64,000 nucleotides of DNA from NCBI GenBank assembly GCA_030603215.1, contig JAUVYF010000001.1, forward strand, positions 9,257-73,256. The letters run 5' to 3'. The notes below the pieces were generated by a model. It did not search any database. It saw nothing but the letters and a program-made list of their open reading frames with translations, and was not told the origin of the DNA. Of the stretch, positions 1 to 9,187 are shown piece by piece. Both the position numbers and the translations under genes were made by a program. This stretch comes from Candidatus Bipolaricaulota bacterium. GTDB taxonomy: Bacteria > Bipolaricaulota > Bipolaricaulia > UBA7950 > UBA9294. The stretch's first letter is position 1. Every line of letters starts with the position of its first letter.

Positions 1-475
1 CAGTAGGTAGGCCACCTGAGTTGATGATCAGCTTCGAGTATTGGGTGATGTACCCGTTCTCGATCGAGTCAAAGTACGGACCGGGTGCGAGGTAAAACAC
101 AAAGTCACCCATCCCGCGTGCGCGGTATTCGGTCCGATAGGCGTCCACACTGATTGCACCGTGCTCAAACTTGAACAGCTCCAGCGTGTCAGTTAGGCTC
201 TTCTTTGTACCTTTGTGCAGTACACCGAACTCGACTGGGGCCTCCATGTCCATACTGGTCGGGTCGGCTCCCTTGCCAGTGTCGTGTTGCGGATCATCTG
301 AGTGGATGGCTCCAGTCGGATGGGTGAATATCAGCTGTAGTTCGAGGTTCTTCGAGTCCCCTTCGTTGAGGTAGTCGTCCGAGGGTAGGATCATCTGAAA
401 GTGCCCGAATGAGGTCAGGCTCAGCCCCACCACTGTCACTAGCGTCAACATCGATAAACGAGTCAATCTCTTCAT
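1..475 (-). CDS. DUF4198-family periplasmic/secreted metal (Ni/Co-type) uptake protein, N-terminal part; the CDS continues past the window start
   Basis: On the minus strand, a GGAGGAAAAG ribosome-binding site is followed by ATG at 473-475. The translation starts MKRLTRLSMLTLVTVVGLSL (a signal peptide) and continues ...HPTGAIHSDD...YFDSIENGYITQYSKLIINSGG, matching DUF4198 by recall. The ORF stays open to position 1. Confidence 0.6.
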   Translation of the reverse strand, partial: MKRLTRLSMLTLVTVVGLSLTSFGHFQMILPSDDYLNEGDSKNLELQLIFTHPTGAIHSDDPQHDTGKGADPTSMDMEAPVEFGVLHKGTKKSLTDTLELFKFEHGAISVDAYRTEYRARGMGDFVFYLAPGPYFDSIENGYITQYSKLIINSGGLPT

Positions 476-574
476 GTGCTTTTCCTCCTTACTTGTAACA
501 TCCGTTTTGTATGTTTCCATTCACGGTAGATTGGCGTTTTCGCTCTATTCTTCAACTCCAATCAATAAGAGTTT

Positions 575-1297
575 TCATTCCTTTTTGATTCCGTTACGGT
601 TACCGCCCCTCCCCACCGTCCAGCCAACGACGAACAACACCCCGCCGCAAAGGACGAGGAGCGCCAGGGCGATGAACGCCAACAGTGCCACGATGACCCA
701 CTGGACGGAATCCGCCGAACTGCCTGCTTGAGCGTTCGTTGTGCCCGGCATCCACGCAGGGGAGGATCCATCGGAAGACCAAGCTGTTGCCGTTGGGGCG
801 GTTGGTGTCGCCGGGGCGGGCAATTCGGGGGTCGCTGATGCGGATGGAGTCACGGGTGTAGATGGAGCGGTTGGTGCAGCGGGTTGCACGTTCGTAGCCG
901 GTGTACCATTCGACGGCGCGGCCTCCTTCGGTTCCTCGATTACGGACGGATAGATCCCTTCCTTGGTGACCACATGTCCCGGTCCGGCATCGAAGATCAC
1001 GTAGTACGGCCAAACATTGGGGATCGGGACACTCTCTACCGCGCCGTAATCATCCAGCTTTCCTTCCCACAGAATATCGCCGTCGCTATCCTCCAGTCTC
1101 ACCGCCATCCCCGATCCGCTCGATCCGTCCGAGAAAGCGCCTTCGATGTAAATCGTGCCGTCCTCGTTGTCTTCAATGTAAAGGAGTGGGGTGTGGGCAC
1201 TGGCGGAGACCGCAATAAGAAGGCATGCCAAGGCGGCGGTCATGACGATCAAGGCCTTTCGCCTGTTGCGACTCCTCTTATATTGGTACTGACCCAT
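575..1297 (-). CDS. secreted Pro/Thr/Ala-rich protein with an N-terminal signal peptide and a C-terminal transmembrane anchor; hypothetical, co-oriented with the DUF4198 gene
   Basis: A 240-aa ORF. It has a hydrophobic N-terminal signal peptide (LIVMTAALACLLIAVSASA), a folded-looking N-terminal region, a low-complexity PT/PA linker (PAAPTAPSTPVTPSASATPELPAPATPTAPTATA) and a C-terminal hydrophobic helix (WVIVALLAFIALALLVLCGGVLFVV). Confidence 0.5.
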   Translation of the reverse strand: MGQYQYKRSRNRRKALIVMTAALACLLIAVSASAHTPLLYIEDNEDGTIYIEGAFSDGSSGSGMAVRLEDSDGDILWEGKLDDYGAVESVPIPNVWPYYVIFDAGPGHVVTKEGIYPSVIEEPKEAAPSNGTPATNVQPAAPTAPSTPVTPSASATPELPAPATPTAPTATAWSSDGSSPAWMPGTTNAQAGSSADSVQWVIVALLAFIALALLVLCGGVLFVVGWTVGRGGNRNGIKKE

Positions 1298-1369
1298 TGT
1301 TTCCTCCCTACGGAAATCGTTACATTGTTAGTTATGCCTAACTTTCTTACTAAAAAAACTATTCTTCTT

Positions 1370-1840
1370 TCAGCTCCCCGCTCCTACCACGTTGGGATCA
1401 TGCTCCCCATGTTTGAGATAGTAAGAGAAGCCCTTGTGCCAGGCTGGTTCAGACTGCGGGCACGAGGTAAGAAAATCCACGAATTCCGAAAACCTCTCCA
1501 GGCTGGGCGGGCTCAACACATGCTCCATCCTGCAAGCGTCTTCTTCTGCTCTTTCTCGATCGATGCCAAGAATCTCTACTAGAAAGCGGTGCATGATCTC
1601 GTGGCGGTGGATGACGTCCTCGGCCACCCTGCGCCCCTCTACTGTAAGTTCAATGGAGGCGTATCGCTCATGTTGAACAAGCCCTGCTTTTGCCAGCTTG
1701 TTCAAGGCAGCGGATACGCTCGGCTTACTCACCTCGAGTTCCTTGCTCAGCTGAGTCACCCTTACGATGTTGCCGGCCTCGCTTAGCCGGCCTATCGCTT
1801 CGAGGTAGTCCTCCATGCTAGAGCTCTGTCCTGTGATCAT
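1370..1840 (-). CDS. DtxR/MntR-family metal-dependent transcriptional repressor
   Basis: The sequence MEDYLEAIGRL...VRVTQLSKELEVSKPSVSAALNKLAKAGLV...EGRRVAEDVIHRHEIMHRFLVEILG has the typical DtxR helix-turn-helix and metal-binding/dimerisation region. It sits upstream of the metal-uptake genes. Confidence 0.85.
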   Translation of the reverse strand: MITGQSSSMEDYLEAIGRLSEAGNIVRVTQLSKELEVSKPSVSAALNKLAKAGLVQHERYASIELTVEGRRVAEDVIHRHEIMHRFLVEILGIDRERAEEDACRMEHVLSPPSLERFSEFVDFLTSCPQSEPAWHKGFSYYLKHGEHDPNVVGAGS

Positions 1841-2413
1841 GCGTCTCCTTGATCGTAAATGTTAAACATGGCTAACAATACTAACGATCCGGTTGCCTCT
1901 TGTCAAGGCTCCGGCTTGCAACCGACACCTCGCTAGAACTCATGAGGGGTTCGCGCGTTCCTCACCCAAAGCTGTGCTTATAGAGGATCGACTTCTGAAG
2001 ACCAAAGTCATCCTTTGCCCACCTCTTACAACTTGATATTTCCCTGTGGTTTTGCTACAGGGCCACGATAGCGGCATTCTGTCGCTATGGGAGATGTTGG
2101 CGGCAGTCTCCGTTCCACGATGGTGTCCAGACACGCCCTAGTAGACTACTTTCGAACTCGCTAGTTCCAAGAACGTCCCCTTGAGTTAGCCGAGTGGACA
2201 ACTTTGGAACTTTTGAGTGGCCCAAGGCAAGCGATCTTGAAGAGCTTATCATTGGGATCAGGGCATGACAGTGGGTACCGTAGGGTCCCTGGCTCCCGTA
2301 GAGGACTACTTTCAAACCCGGCACAACTTCTTCATTCCATCTAAGCTTATTGCTACCTGAAAGGTTAGATTACATATGCTCTCCGCGTTCCGCATCAGAA
2401 GAACTCCCTTGTA

Positions 2414-2521
2414 GCGAAACCAGCAGCTTCTGGAAGTCAGTATGTGCCTTCCTGGTAGGGTTCCATCCCTTAATCAAGATACAAGTCCCTTCAGAAGAGG
2501 CATTCAGGCACTGGCTCCCCG
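2414..2521. repeat. copy 1 of a ~107-bp direct repeat, ~95% identical to 8966-9073; abuts the truncated mscS
   Basis: A direct base-by-base comparison gives gcgaaaccagcagcttctGgaagtcagtatgtgccttcctggtagggttccatcccttaatcaagatacaagtcccttcagaagaggCatTcaGgcactggctcccc in this copy versus ...tctAgaag...gaggAtttcaAgcactggctcccc in the second copy. This is a few mismatches over ~107 bp. Confidence 0.9.
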
Positions 2522-3195
2522 AAGAGACTTCGAACGCGCGTTGTCTTCAGCCCGATCCGCTCCACCGTGCCGAGCAAATCGTCAATGATGATGAAATCAC
2601 CGATTACAAATGGCTTATCCAAAACGATCAAAAGGGAACCAAATAGGTCACCGAGGACATTCTGAAGAGCAAGCGCGACGGCAATCCCGCCGATGCCCAG
2701 GCCAGCAATCAAAGCAGTGATGTTCCACGCCCATGTTGTCCAAGGCAAGGAGAAGAGTCACGGCCCAGAGGGCCGCTTGATGATAAATGCGAGTGCGGCC
2801 ATCGACGTGGCCGTGGCAGCGTCCTCTTCCAACTTCTGCTTGACGGACCGGGTGATTAGAAAAGACACGAGAGCCGTTCCCCAAATCCCGACTTGAATCA
2901 GCAATGTAAGAACTGCGATCGTACCGATGACACGGGTTGCCACGGCGGGAAGCGTGAGTACGAGTGACCCAGCGTAAAGCGAGATGGCTACCAAGAACCA
3001 GGGCCGCGTTCTTCCCAGAAGATCTGCTACCAGATCGTCAACTTCGGCAGCCGTCCGTTTGGCAAACTCGGCGAGACGGCGATGAATAAAACTTCTGAGA
3101 AGGTATAGGATTAACGCAACGAGGATGATAACCGCAGCGGCCAGAAGCCATGCCCATACCGGATTTCCGTAGAATACCTTGCTCAAGAACACCAA
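2491..3195 (-). pseudogene. mscS: mechanosensitive channel MscS family, disrupted: frameshifted near 2750 and C-terminally truncated at the repeat boundary
   Basis: ORF 2758-3195 encodes the N-terminal transmembrane region. ORF 2491-2748, in another frame, encodes the MscS TM3/beta-domain core (IAGLGIGGIAVALALQNVLGDLFGSLLIVLDKPFVIGDFIIIDDLLGTVERIGLKTTRVRSL). That ORF then reads into repeat copy 1 and terminates. The ~100 aa of C-terminal MscS domain expected after this point are absent. Confidence 0.7.
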
Positions 3196-3259
3196 ACCTC
3201 CCTTAAACTACTACGCGCAAGTAATCGACTCCAAAAAGTGTAACACCAATTTTCACTGC

Positions 3260-3520
3260 TCAGGACCTTTGTTCTCTTTCTGCTTCTACCTGTTTCTGCC
3301 AGGCTGCGTACCCTTCTTTCAGCTTCTCTGGGGTCGTGTTTGGGAATATCATCGCAAGTTTCTCTGCTACTAGATGACTCATAAGCAAGTATTCACCTCG
3401 CTCAACCATCCGAAGAGTTTCCAGAGTGACTCCTGCTTGTTCCGCAAATTCTTTCACGCTCAGATCCAGGGATTCTCGCAGTTCCCGGACCGGATTCTTC
3501 AAGGTTGCCATAGACAACAC
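3260..3520 (-). CDS. XRE-family helix-turn-helix transcriptional regulator
   Basis: An 86-aa protein containing LSVKEFAEQAGVTLETLRMVERGE, the typical HTH_3/XRE motif. Confidence 0.75.
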   Translation of the reverse strand: MLSMATLKNPVRELRESLDLSVKEFAEQAGVTLETLRMVERGEYLLMSHLVAEKLAMIFPNTTPEKLKEGYAAWQKQVEAEREQRS

Positions 3521-3952
3521 CTCCCCCTTGCAAGATTGTTGTACCTACCTGCCCTCCTTTTCCAACATTGGTTTCACTATGTCTACCATAGATATTCATG
3601 GCCCCTTTCCTGCTTTATACGTATAGGGATACAAGAAAATCGCCTGGATTGCAAGGATCGTATTCCAAGGAAGTCACTCTTTTGAACACGGCCTCAACTA
3701 TAGATTGCATAGGAGAGTTTGTGCTTACCAAAGCAGGTAGCATGCTTTCTTGTCAGGAGTTGACAATGTCCTGTCAGAAGCCGATGTTGTAATTCTATTT
3801 GGCCGTAAGCGTGGCGACTTGTTGAAAAGGAAAAGAGAGCACCCTTTCGCATACCTCCTGAACTAATTGGAGAAGCTGTGGACCCGCTCTGGAGAACCTG
3901 AAGGCAGGCCAGCTGACGAAAAACAAACTGAAGAAGGAGCTTCATTTTTCAC

Positions 3953-4786
3953 CTACTTCACCGCACCGCTCGTAATTCCTTTGATGATGTATCGCTGAAC
4001 AAAGATAAACACGATCAGCAAAGGAAAGGTGGCAACGACGGTCAACGCCATGACACCGTTCCACTGGATGCTGTACTGTCCAAATAGTTCGGCGAGGCCA
4101 ACCGTTACTGGAGCTCTTTCCGGGCCTTTCGTCAGAATCAAGGCGAACATGAACTCATTCCAAGCCCTGATGAAGGCGAAGACACCCGTCCCGATGAAGC
4201 CCGCCCGGGCAAGTGGCGCAACAATCGAAAGCAGCGCCCGGGATCGACTGCATCCATCTACCAAAGCTGCTTCCTCCAGAGAAACTGGAATGGAGTCGAA
4301 ATAGCTCTTGAGTAGCCAGATAACAAGAGAAAGCGCGAAGGTCGTATCGATCAAGATCAACGCGAGATATGTGTCGTAAAGCCCGAGTGCTCGGGACAGA
4401 TTGAAATATGAAATCATCAAAATAGCGCCAGGGAACATCTGGAGGGCGAGAATCGCCAGCATCAAGGAGCGCTTGGCGGGTAGTCTGAAGCGGGAGAGGC
4501 CGTAGCCCGCAAGCGCACCAAGGAAGACACACAGCAGAGTGGAGGAGATTGAGATCAGATAGCCATTGAGAAAGTAGCGCAAGTATCGCTGTTGGGAGAG
4601 AACAGAGGTATAGGACTTAATAGTCCAGGACTGCGGCATCAGTTTCGGTGGATAGGTGAAGGTCTCCGGGTTCGGTTTAAAAGAAGTGAAAAAGCCAAAG
4701 ATGACCGGAAAAAGCACCGCAAGGGTGATCAAGGTTGTACTCGCGTAGAGGAGGAGGTGCTTGATGCGTTGCCTGTGGGATCTCAC
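3953..4786 (-). CDS. carbohydrate ABC transporter permease (MalG/UgpE-like)
   Basis: A 277-aa polytopic membrane protein with an EAA-type loop region (...SIPVSLEEAALVDGCSRSRALLSIVAPLARAG...). It is adjacent to a second permease and a family-1 substrate-binding protein. Confidence 0.85.
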   Translation of the reverse strand: MRSHRQRIKHLLLYASTTLITLAVLFPVIFGFFTSFKPNPETFTYPPKLMPQSWTIKSYTSVLSQQRYLRYFLNGYLISISSTLLCVFLGALAGYGLSRFRLPAKRSLMLAILALQMFPGAILMISYFNLSRALGLYDTYLALILIDTTFALSLVIWLLKSYFDSIPVSLEEAALVDGCSRSRALLSIVAPLARAGFIGTGVFAFIRAWNEFMFALILTKGPERAPVTVGLAELFGQYSIQWNGVMALTVVATFPLLIVFIFVQRYIIKGITSGAVK

Positions 4787-5676
4787 ACAGCTGCCTCCTC
4801 TCGCCGGATGGCGACAAACACGTAGACCGAAATGCAGATGGCCATGATCAGTGCAATGACCACACCCACTGCGGACCCGTAGCCGAGTCGGAAGTTGCGC
4901 AGACCCTTTTCATACAGAAAGAAGCTGATCAGGTATGTGCTGCGTAGCGGCCCGCCCTTGGTCATCGTCCAGACGAGATCGAAATGGATAAAGGAGGTGG
5001 CAAAGTCGATCAGGATCACCGTCATGACGAGCGTACGCATCTGGGGGAGGGTGACGTAGATGAAACGCTGGATCCAGTTCGCGCCATCGACCCGCGCCGC
5101 GTCGTAGAAAATCTTCGGGATGGACTGCAGTCCCCCCAAGATGAGGATCATGTAAAGCGGGAAGTACACCCAGCTGTTGACGAGCATCACCGAGAAAAGT
5201 GCCCAACTGGAATCTCCCAGAAACGCAATCTGTCCGACACCGAGTTTACTGAGCCCGTAGTTCAAGGGCCCCAACGGTCGAAACAGGAGCCCCCAAAGAA
5301 GCGCCGCAGCAGGCGGCGAGAAGAGGAACGGGAGGATGAAGGCACCGCGGAAGAAATTTCGGATCTTGACGTTCGGCCAGCGGGCGTTGAGCAGCAGCGC
5401 AATCGGATAGGCGAAGCCAAGGTGAAGGGCAATCGAGCCGATGGTAAAAATGAATGTGTTGCGGACACTGATCCAAAAAAGAGGATCGGAAAAGAGGTGT
5501 TGATATTGCTTGAGACCCACGTATTGAAAGGCGCCTACCTGAGCCGAATACTCTTGGAAGCTTCTCTGAATGACCCTGAATAGCGGGAAAGCAATACTCA
5601 AGACGAGCAGCGTGAGCGCGGGGGCGAGAAAGAGAAATCCTTCCATATCATAACGGTCGCGAAACCGCCTTCGCAT
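4783..5676 (-). CDS. carbohydrate ABC transporter permease (MalF/UgpA-like)
   Basis: A 297-aa membrane protein. The motif ...QSIPKIFYDAARVDGANWIQRF... is typical of sugar permease component 1. Its stop overlaps by 4 nt with the downstream permease. Confidence 0.85.
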   Translation of the reverse strand: MRRRFRDRYDMEGFLFLAPALTLLVLSIAFPLFRVIQRSFQEYSAQVGAFQYVGLKQYQHLFSDPLFWISVRNTFIFTIGSIALHLGFAYPIALLLNARWPNVKIRNFFRGAFILPFLFSPPAAALLWGLLFRPLGPLNYGLSKLGVGQIAFLGDSSWALFSVMLVNSWVYFPLYMILILGGLQSIPKIFYDAARVDGANWIQRFIYVTLPQMRTLVMTVILIDFATSFIHFDLVWTMTKGGPLRSTYLISFFLYEKGLRNFRLGYGSAVGVVIALIMAICISVYVFVAIRREEAAV

Positions 5677-5759
5677 GTGGCCTCTCTTCTTTTTGGTGGG
5701 AATCGCGGGGCAGGGAATTTTCTGTGATTACCTGCCCCGCTACATGTGATTTGCCTTAC

Positions 5760-7037
5760 CTACTTGCCAGCGGTGACTATCGCGTTCCACTCCTCAGCCG
5801 CCTCGTCAAGCGCCTGCTGTGCAGGCTTGAGGCCCAAGAAGTACTGCTGAGCGTGCTCCATGATGACGCCGCACAGGTCGCCAAGTGAAGGCAGCGCTAT
5901 CCATGACCTTGACGCAGAGTTGGACACCATCTCCGAGTATGGTCCAAGCATGGGATCCTCGGCTAGCTCAGGAGCGCCGAGGGCCGCCGTGTTGGCCCAC
6001 GTCAGGGACCTCTCCTCGATCATCTTGGTGGCCACCTCGTAGCTCACTAGGTGCTCGAAGAACGCCCAGGCAAGCTCTGGATGCTCGGTCTGCGAAGAGA
6101 TCGCTACCCCACTTCCCGTAAGCAGGTACCCACTGGTGCAATCCTCAAAGGGCGGGGTAAACGCTACCTGTATGTCGGGATTGCGTTCAAGTGCCACGCC
6201 CTTCTCGAACGGGCCGCTCAGGATCATCGCCACCTGCTCGGCGGCGAAGAGCTCCCGGAACTCCTTCTCGCCGGTGGCAAGAGCGCCTTTAACGGTGCCC
6301 GGATACACCAGGTTCTCATCGAGCAGGCTCTTCCAGTACTCAAGAGTGCGCACCCCTGCTGGCGAGTCAAATCGGGCAAGCCCGTTTTCGTCAACCATGT
6401 GGCCTCCGGCCTGAATCAGTCGTGTCCAGAAGTCGTAGAGCATGAAGTGACAAGAGCTTTTCATCGCAAATGGAAGGGCGATGCCCCACTTCTTCGCAAC
6501 TGGATCGTAAAGCGTTGTCAATACCTCTCTAAGCTCCTCCCAGTCGGTAGGAGGTTCAACCCCCGCCTCCTCTAGTAGCTTGACGTTGTAGATGATCCCA
6601 TAGGAGTTTGTATAGAGGTAGGCCATGATGGCTCTTCCTTTGTAGTTGATAATCCAAGCGGGGCTGAATTGCGAATTGAACTCGTCGGAGGCGCTGGCTG
6701 CCAACGGGCCCAAGTCGGCAAGGAGACCGAGCCGATTAAACGCATCCGACCATGTTACCTCCATGCCCATGATGTCCGGGCAATCACCAGCCTGGCACAG
6801 GGTCAGAAGCTTGTCAGAGTACGAATCGTGGGGGGCAAAAAACGCCTTCACTTCCACATCTGGATGAGCCTCCTCAAACGTGTCGATGATCCACTCAACT
6901 GTGTCCTCTCCCCATTCTGGATCCCACCATTCGGCCCAGACCAGCTTCGTCTTCGCGTAACCCACCCCCAGGGTTGCGCCAACAAACAGGGCTAACACCA
7001 ATCCAACTGCTAAAACCTTCGCCAATTTTCGATTCAT
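5760..7037 (-). CDS. extracellular solute-binding protein, family 1 (sugar ABC transporter substrate-binding protein); probable lipoprotein or signal peptide
   Basis: A 425-aa protein with an N-terminal hydrophobic signal sequence (MNRKLAKVLAVGLVLALFVGA) and an SBP_bac_1-like architecture. It lies immediately upstream of two sugar permeases. Confidence 0.8.
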   Translation of the reverse strand: MNRKLAKVLAVGLVLALFVGATLGVGYAKTKLVWAEWWDPEWGEDTVEWIIDTFEEAHPDVEVKAFFAPHDSYSDKLLTLCQAGDCPDIMGMEVTWSDAFNRLGLLADLGPLAASASDEFNSQFSPAWIINYKGRAIMAYLYTNSYGIIYNVKLLEEAGVEPPTDWEELREVLTTLYDPVAKKWGIALPFAMKSSCHFMLYDFWTRLIQAGGHMVDENGLARFDSPAGVRTLEYWKSLLDENLVYPGTVKGALATGEKEFRELFAAEQVAMILSGPFEKGVALERNPDIQVAFTPPFEDCTSGYLLTGSGVAISSQTEHPELAWAFFEHLVSYEVATKMIEERSLTWANTAALGAPELAEDPMLGPYSEMVSNSASRSWIALPSLGDLCGVIMEHAQQYFLGLKPAQQALDEAAEEWNAIVTAGK

Positions 7038-7182
7038 TGATATCTGCCTCCTTTGACTGCAATTTGTGGTTCTTTGGCTCTCGTGGGCCTCCTTTTTAAT
7101 AAGACATCACCTCCTACGTACGTACCCGTCCATCATCGCTTATAAAAGACTTTCCAGCTTTGCCCAGCCACACGGAAGCGGC

Positions 7183-8202
7183 TTACGAGGTCTGTTCGAC
7201 GCCCTGTTCCTGCAGGTACTGGCCGATTACCTTGCATGGACATCGCCCCGAATTGCGGTACACCAGATGGGGCCGTCTTGTGTTGTAGTACACCAGCCAT
7301 CTGTTCAAGGCCGCTTGTAGTGTCTCTGTGACAGCGTAGGGCTCGCCCTGGAATACCCTGGGCAGAAACTCGCTGAGTACAATCCGCCGGAACCGATCGA
7401 CAAAGCCATTTGTTGAGGAACCCTCTCCTGAGGGCGTTGAGTGTTTGATACCTACAAGGTTTAAGTAGAACTCATAGGGGTGGGTCTCCTTACCATAGTA
7501 TTCTTTATTCCTGCCTGTGAAGATCGCAGCAATCTTAAGCCCTCTCTCCTTGTAGAAAGGAAGAACCCGATTGTTCAGGAGGAGGACTGCATGATCACTG
7601 GGCTTCCGCGTGTATAGACGTGCGAAGGCGTAGCTTCCATAAGTATCGACCACCACCTGCAAACGCACTGGGCCGAGCAAGCTACCCAAAGAGAAAGAAT
7701 CCTGGCAGAGAAGCTCCCCGGGACGTAAACTTTCGTTATGTCGCTCCCGGAAGCAAGGATTCTGTTGCTCTAACCACGCTGTCTGCTCGGGGGTAAGAGA
7801 AACGTCTGCTCCCAGTGCTTTATGTTCGAGCATTAGCCACCGATCCTTGCGTGTTCCCATTCCGTTGCGTCTCAGGATCTTCTGGATTGTCGGACCACTG
7901 ACTGAGAGTCCCAACAGCGATAAGTAGTTCGAGATTCGATAGCAGCCCCAGGATGGATGCGTCTGAGAAAGCTCTATGATTCTTTCGACGAGCGATTGGG
8001 GAGTTGTAAGTGGATGAGACTTATGGACAGAAGGGAGGTTCCTCAGTCCCTCCAAGCCATAGGCTTGAAATCGATGTTTATACTCGTAGAATCGCGGACG
8101 GCTGATCCCTTTCTGTTTGCAAGCTTTCGTAACATTCCCGAGAGCCTCAGCTAACTCCAGTACGGACAGACGAGATCGTGCCAACTTATCCTCGGCTCGC
8201 AT
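7183..8202 (-). mobile_element. IS481-family transposase gene (HTH plus rve/DDE integrase-core)
   Basis: A 339-aa protein with an N-terminal HTH (LSVLELAEALGNVTKACKQKGISRPRFYEYKHRFQAYGLEGL) and a DDE integrase core with characteristic IS481-like segments (...CQDSFSLGSLLGPVRLQVVVDTYGSYAFARLY... and ...YNTRRPH...). No terminal inverted repeats were identified by eye. Confidence 0.75.
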
Positions 8203-8965
8203 AATAGCTCCTTCACCAAGTTAGTGTAAACAAAGATGCTTAACAAATCAAACAACTGGGACATGGCTTGCGGAGTGCATGTTTTGCCTCATTACATGCA
8301 TCAGTTAAAGTATAGAAGAAATGGGCAGTAAAAAAGAAGCCTCTCTTTCCAAATTGTATCGGGAGCTTAATAACCCTTTACACTATTACGCGTACGTTGT
8401 CTTGCTATTACGGGGGGTCGAGGTAAATAAGGTCAACGCTTTCATCGGGAACGTGCTCTCGTAGGATATTCAGGTTATCGCCAAAGTAGAGCTTCCGGTG
8501 TACCTATGTGATTCAGTAATGACCCCTGCAGAGTATGGCGGCCTCTTTAACGATGGGTAAACTGTGAGCATACTTGTTGAAGAACTAAGGAAACGCATCA
8601 AGGAGCAAGCTGCGAGTATTGAGCGTTTGAAGGGCGAAAACGTCTTTCTTCGGGAAAAAGTGGACCAGCTTCTTCCCCTTGCTTTACCACGCCCTCGGTG
8701 GGTTTGGTTCTCTTGGCTGAGAAGGCGAGGAGACTAGTAGTTAGAGAGGTCCTTTACTCGCGCTGGCTGAGTCCGATTGAGAATCCAATATCTAAGCTCA
8801 ATGTAACCTAGACGTGTGTGGGAACTATCATCAATGTATAGGGTGAACAAGCGGGTTTCGTCTTATGGGAAGGACATAATCTGTGCCATCAAGGAACGGG
8901 AGACGGGGAACATTCTGGGGTAAGCGGTAGGGGAGGTGACTCTGCAACAACGGGAAACGATTATT

Positions 8966-9073
8966 GCGAAACCAGCAGCTTCTAGAAGTCAGTATGTGCC
9001 TTCCTGGTAGGGTTCCATCCCTTAATCAAGATACAAGTCCCTTCAGAAGAGGATTTCAAGCACTGGCTCCCCG
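8966..9073. repeat. copy 2 of the ~107-bp direct repeat. It lies immediately 3' of tRNA-Asn and overlaps the last ~6 nt of the tRNA.
   Basis: See the entry for copy 1. The repeat ends ...cactggctcccc, and ggctcccc is the reverse complement of the tRNA-Asn 3' acceptor end. Confidence 0.9.
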
Positions 9074-9139
9074 GGTAGGACTCGAACCTACAACCATTCG
9101 GTTAACAGCCGAGCGCTCTGCCAATTGAGCTACCGAGGA
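9067..9139 (-). tRNA. tRNA-Asn (anticodon GTT)
   Basis: The reverse complement reads TCCTCGGTAGCTCAATTGGCAGAGCGCTCGGCTGTTAACCGAATGGTTGTAGGTTCGAGTCCTACCCGGGGAG. It has a 7-bp acceptor stem (UCCUCGG/CCGGGGA), a D-arm GCTC...GAGC, an anticodon loop CTGTTAA and a T-arm GTAGG-TTCGAGT-CCTAC. CCA is not encoded. Confidence 0.85.
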
Positions 9140-9187
9140 ATATACCCCTATTCTATTCATTGAGTGAACTAGCGTCAACTAGAGCTG

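Noticed and set aside
884-1582. A 232-aa plus-strand ORF overlapping the P/T-rich protein gene and the intergenic region. Similar long antisense ORFs occur elsewhere, for example 14299-15375 (+), 48514-49284 (-), 46011-46781 (+), 47266-48276 (+) and 17806-18255 (+).
   Set aside because: They lie antisense to or out of frame with strongly supported genes (SBP, purL, purM, purQ, racemases). Their products are Arg/Pro/Gly-rich low-complexity sequences typical of spurious ORFs in high-GC DNA. None has a recognisable domain or ribosome-binding site.
2414-9139. Interpretation of the 107-bp direct repeats as attL/attR of an integrated prophage or ICE in tRNA-Asn.
   Set aside because: No integrase/recombinase, excisionase, phage structural or conjugation genes lie between the repeats. 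The only mobility gene is an IS481 transposase. The repeat is mostly sequence downstream of the tRNA rather than the tRNA 3' half. An IS-associated rearrangement or remnant islet fits better.
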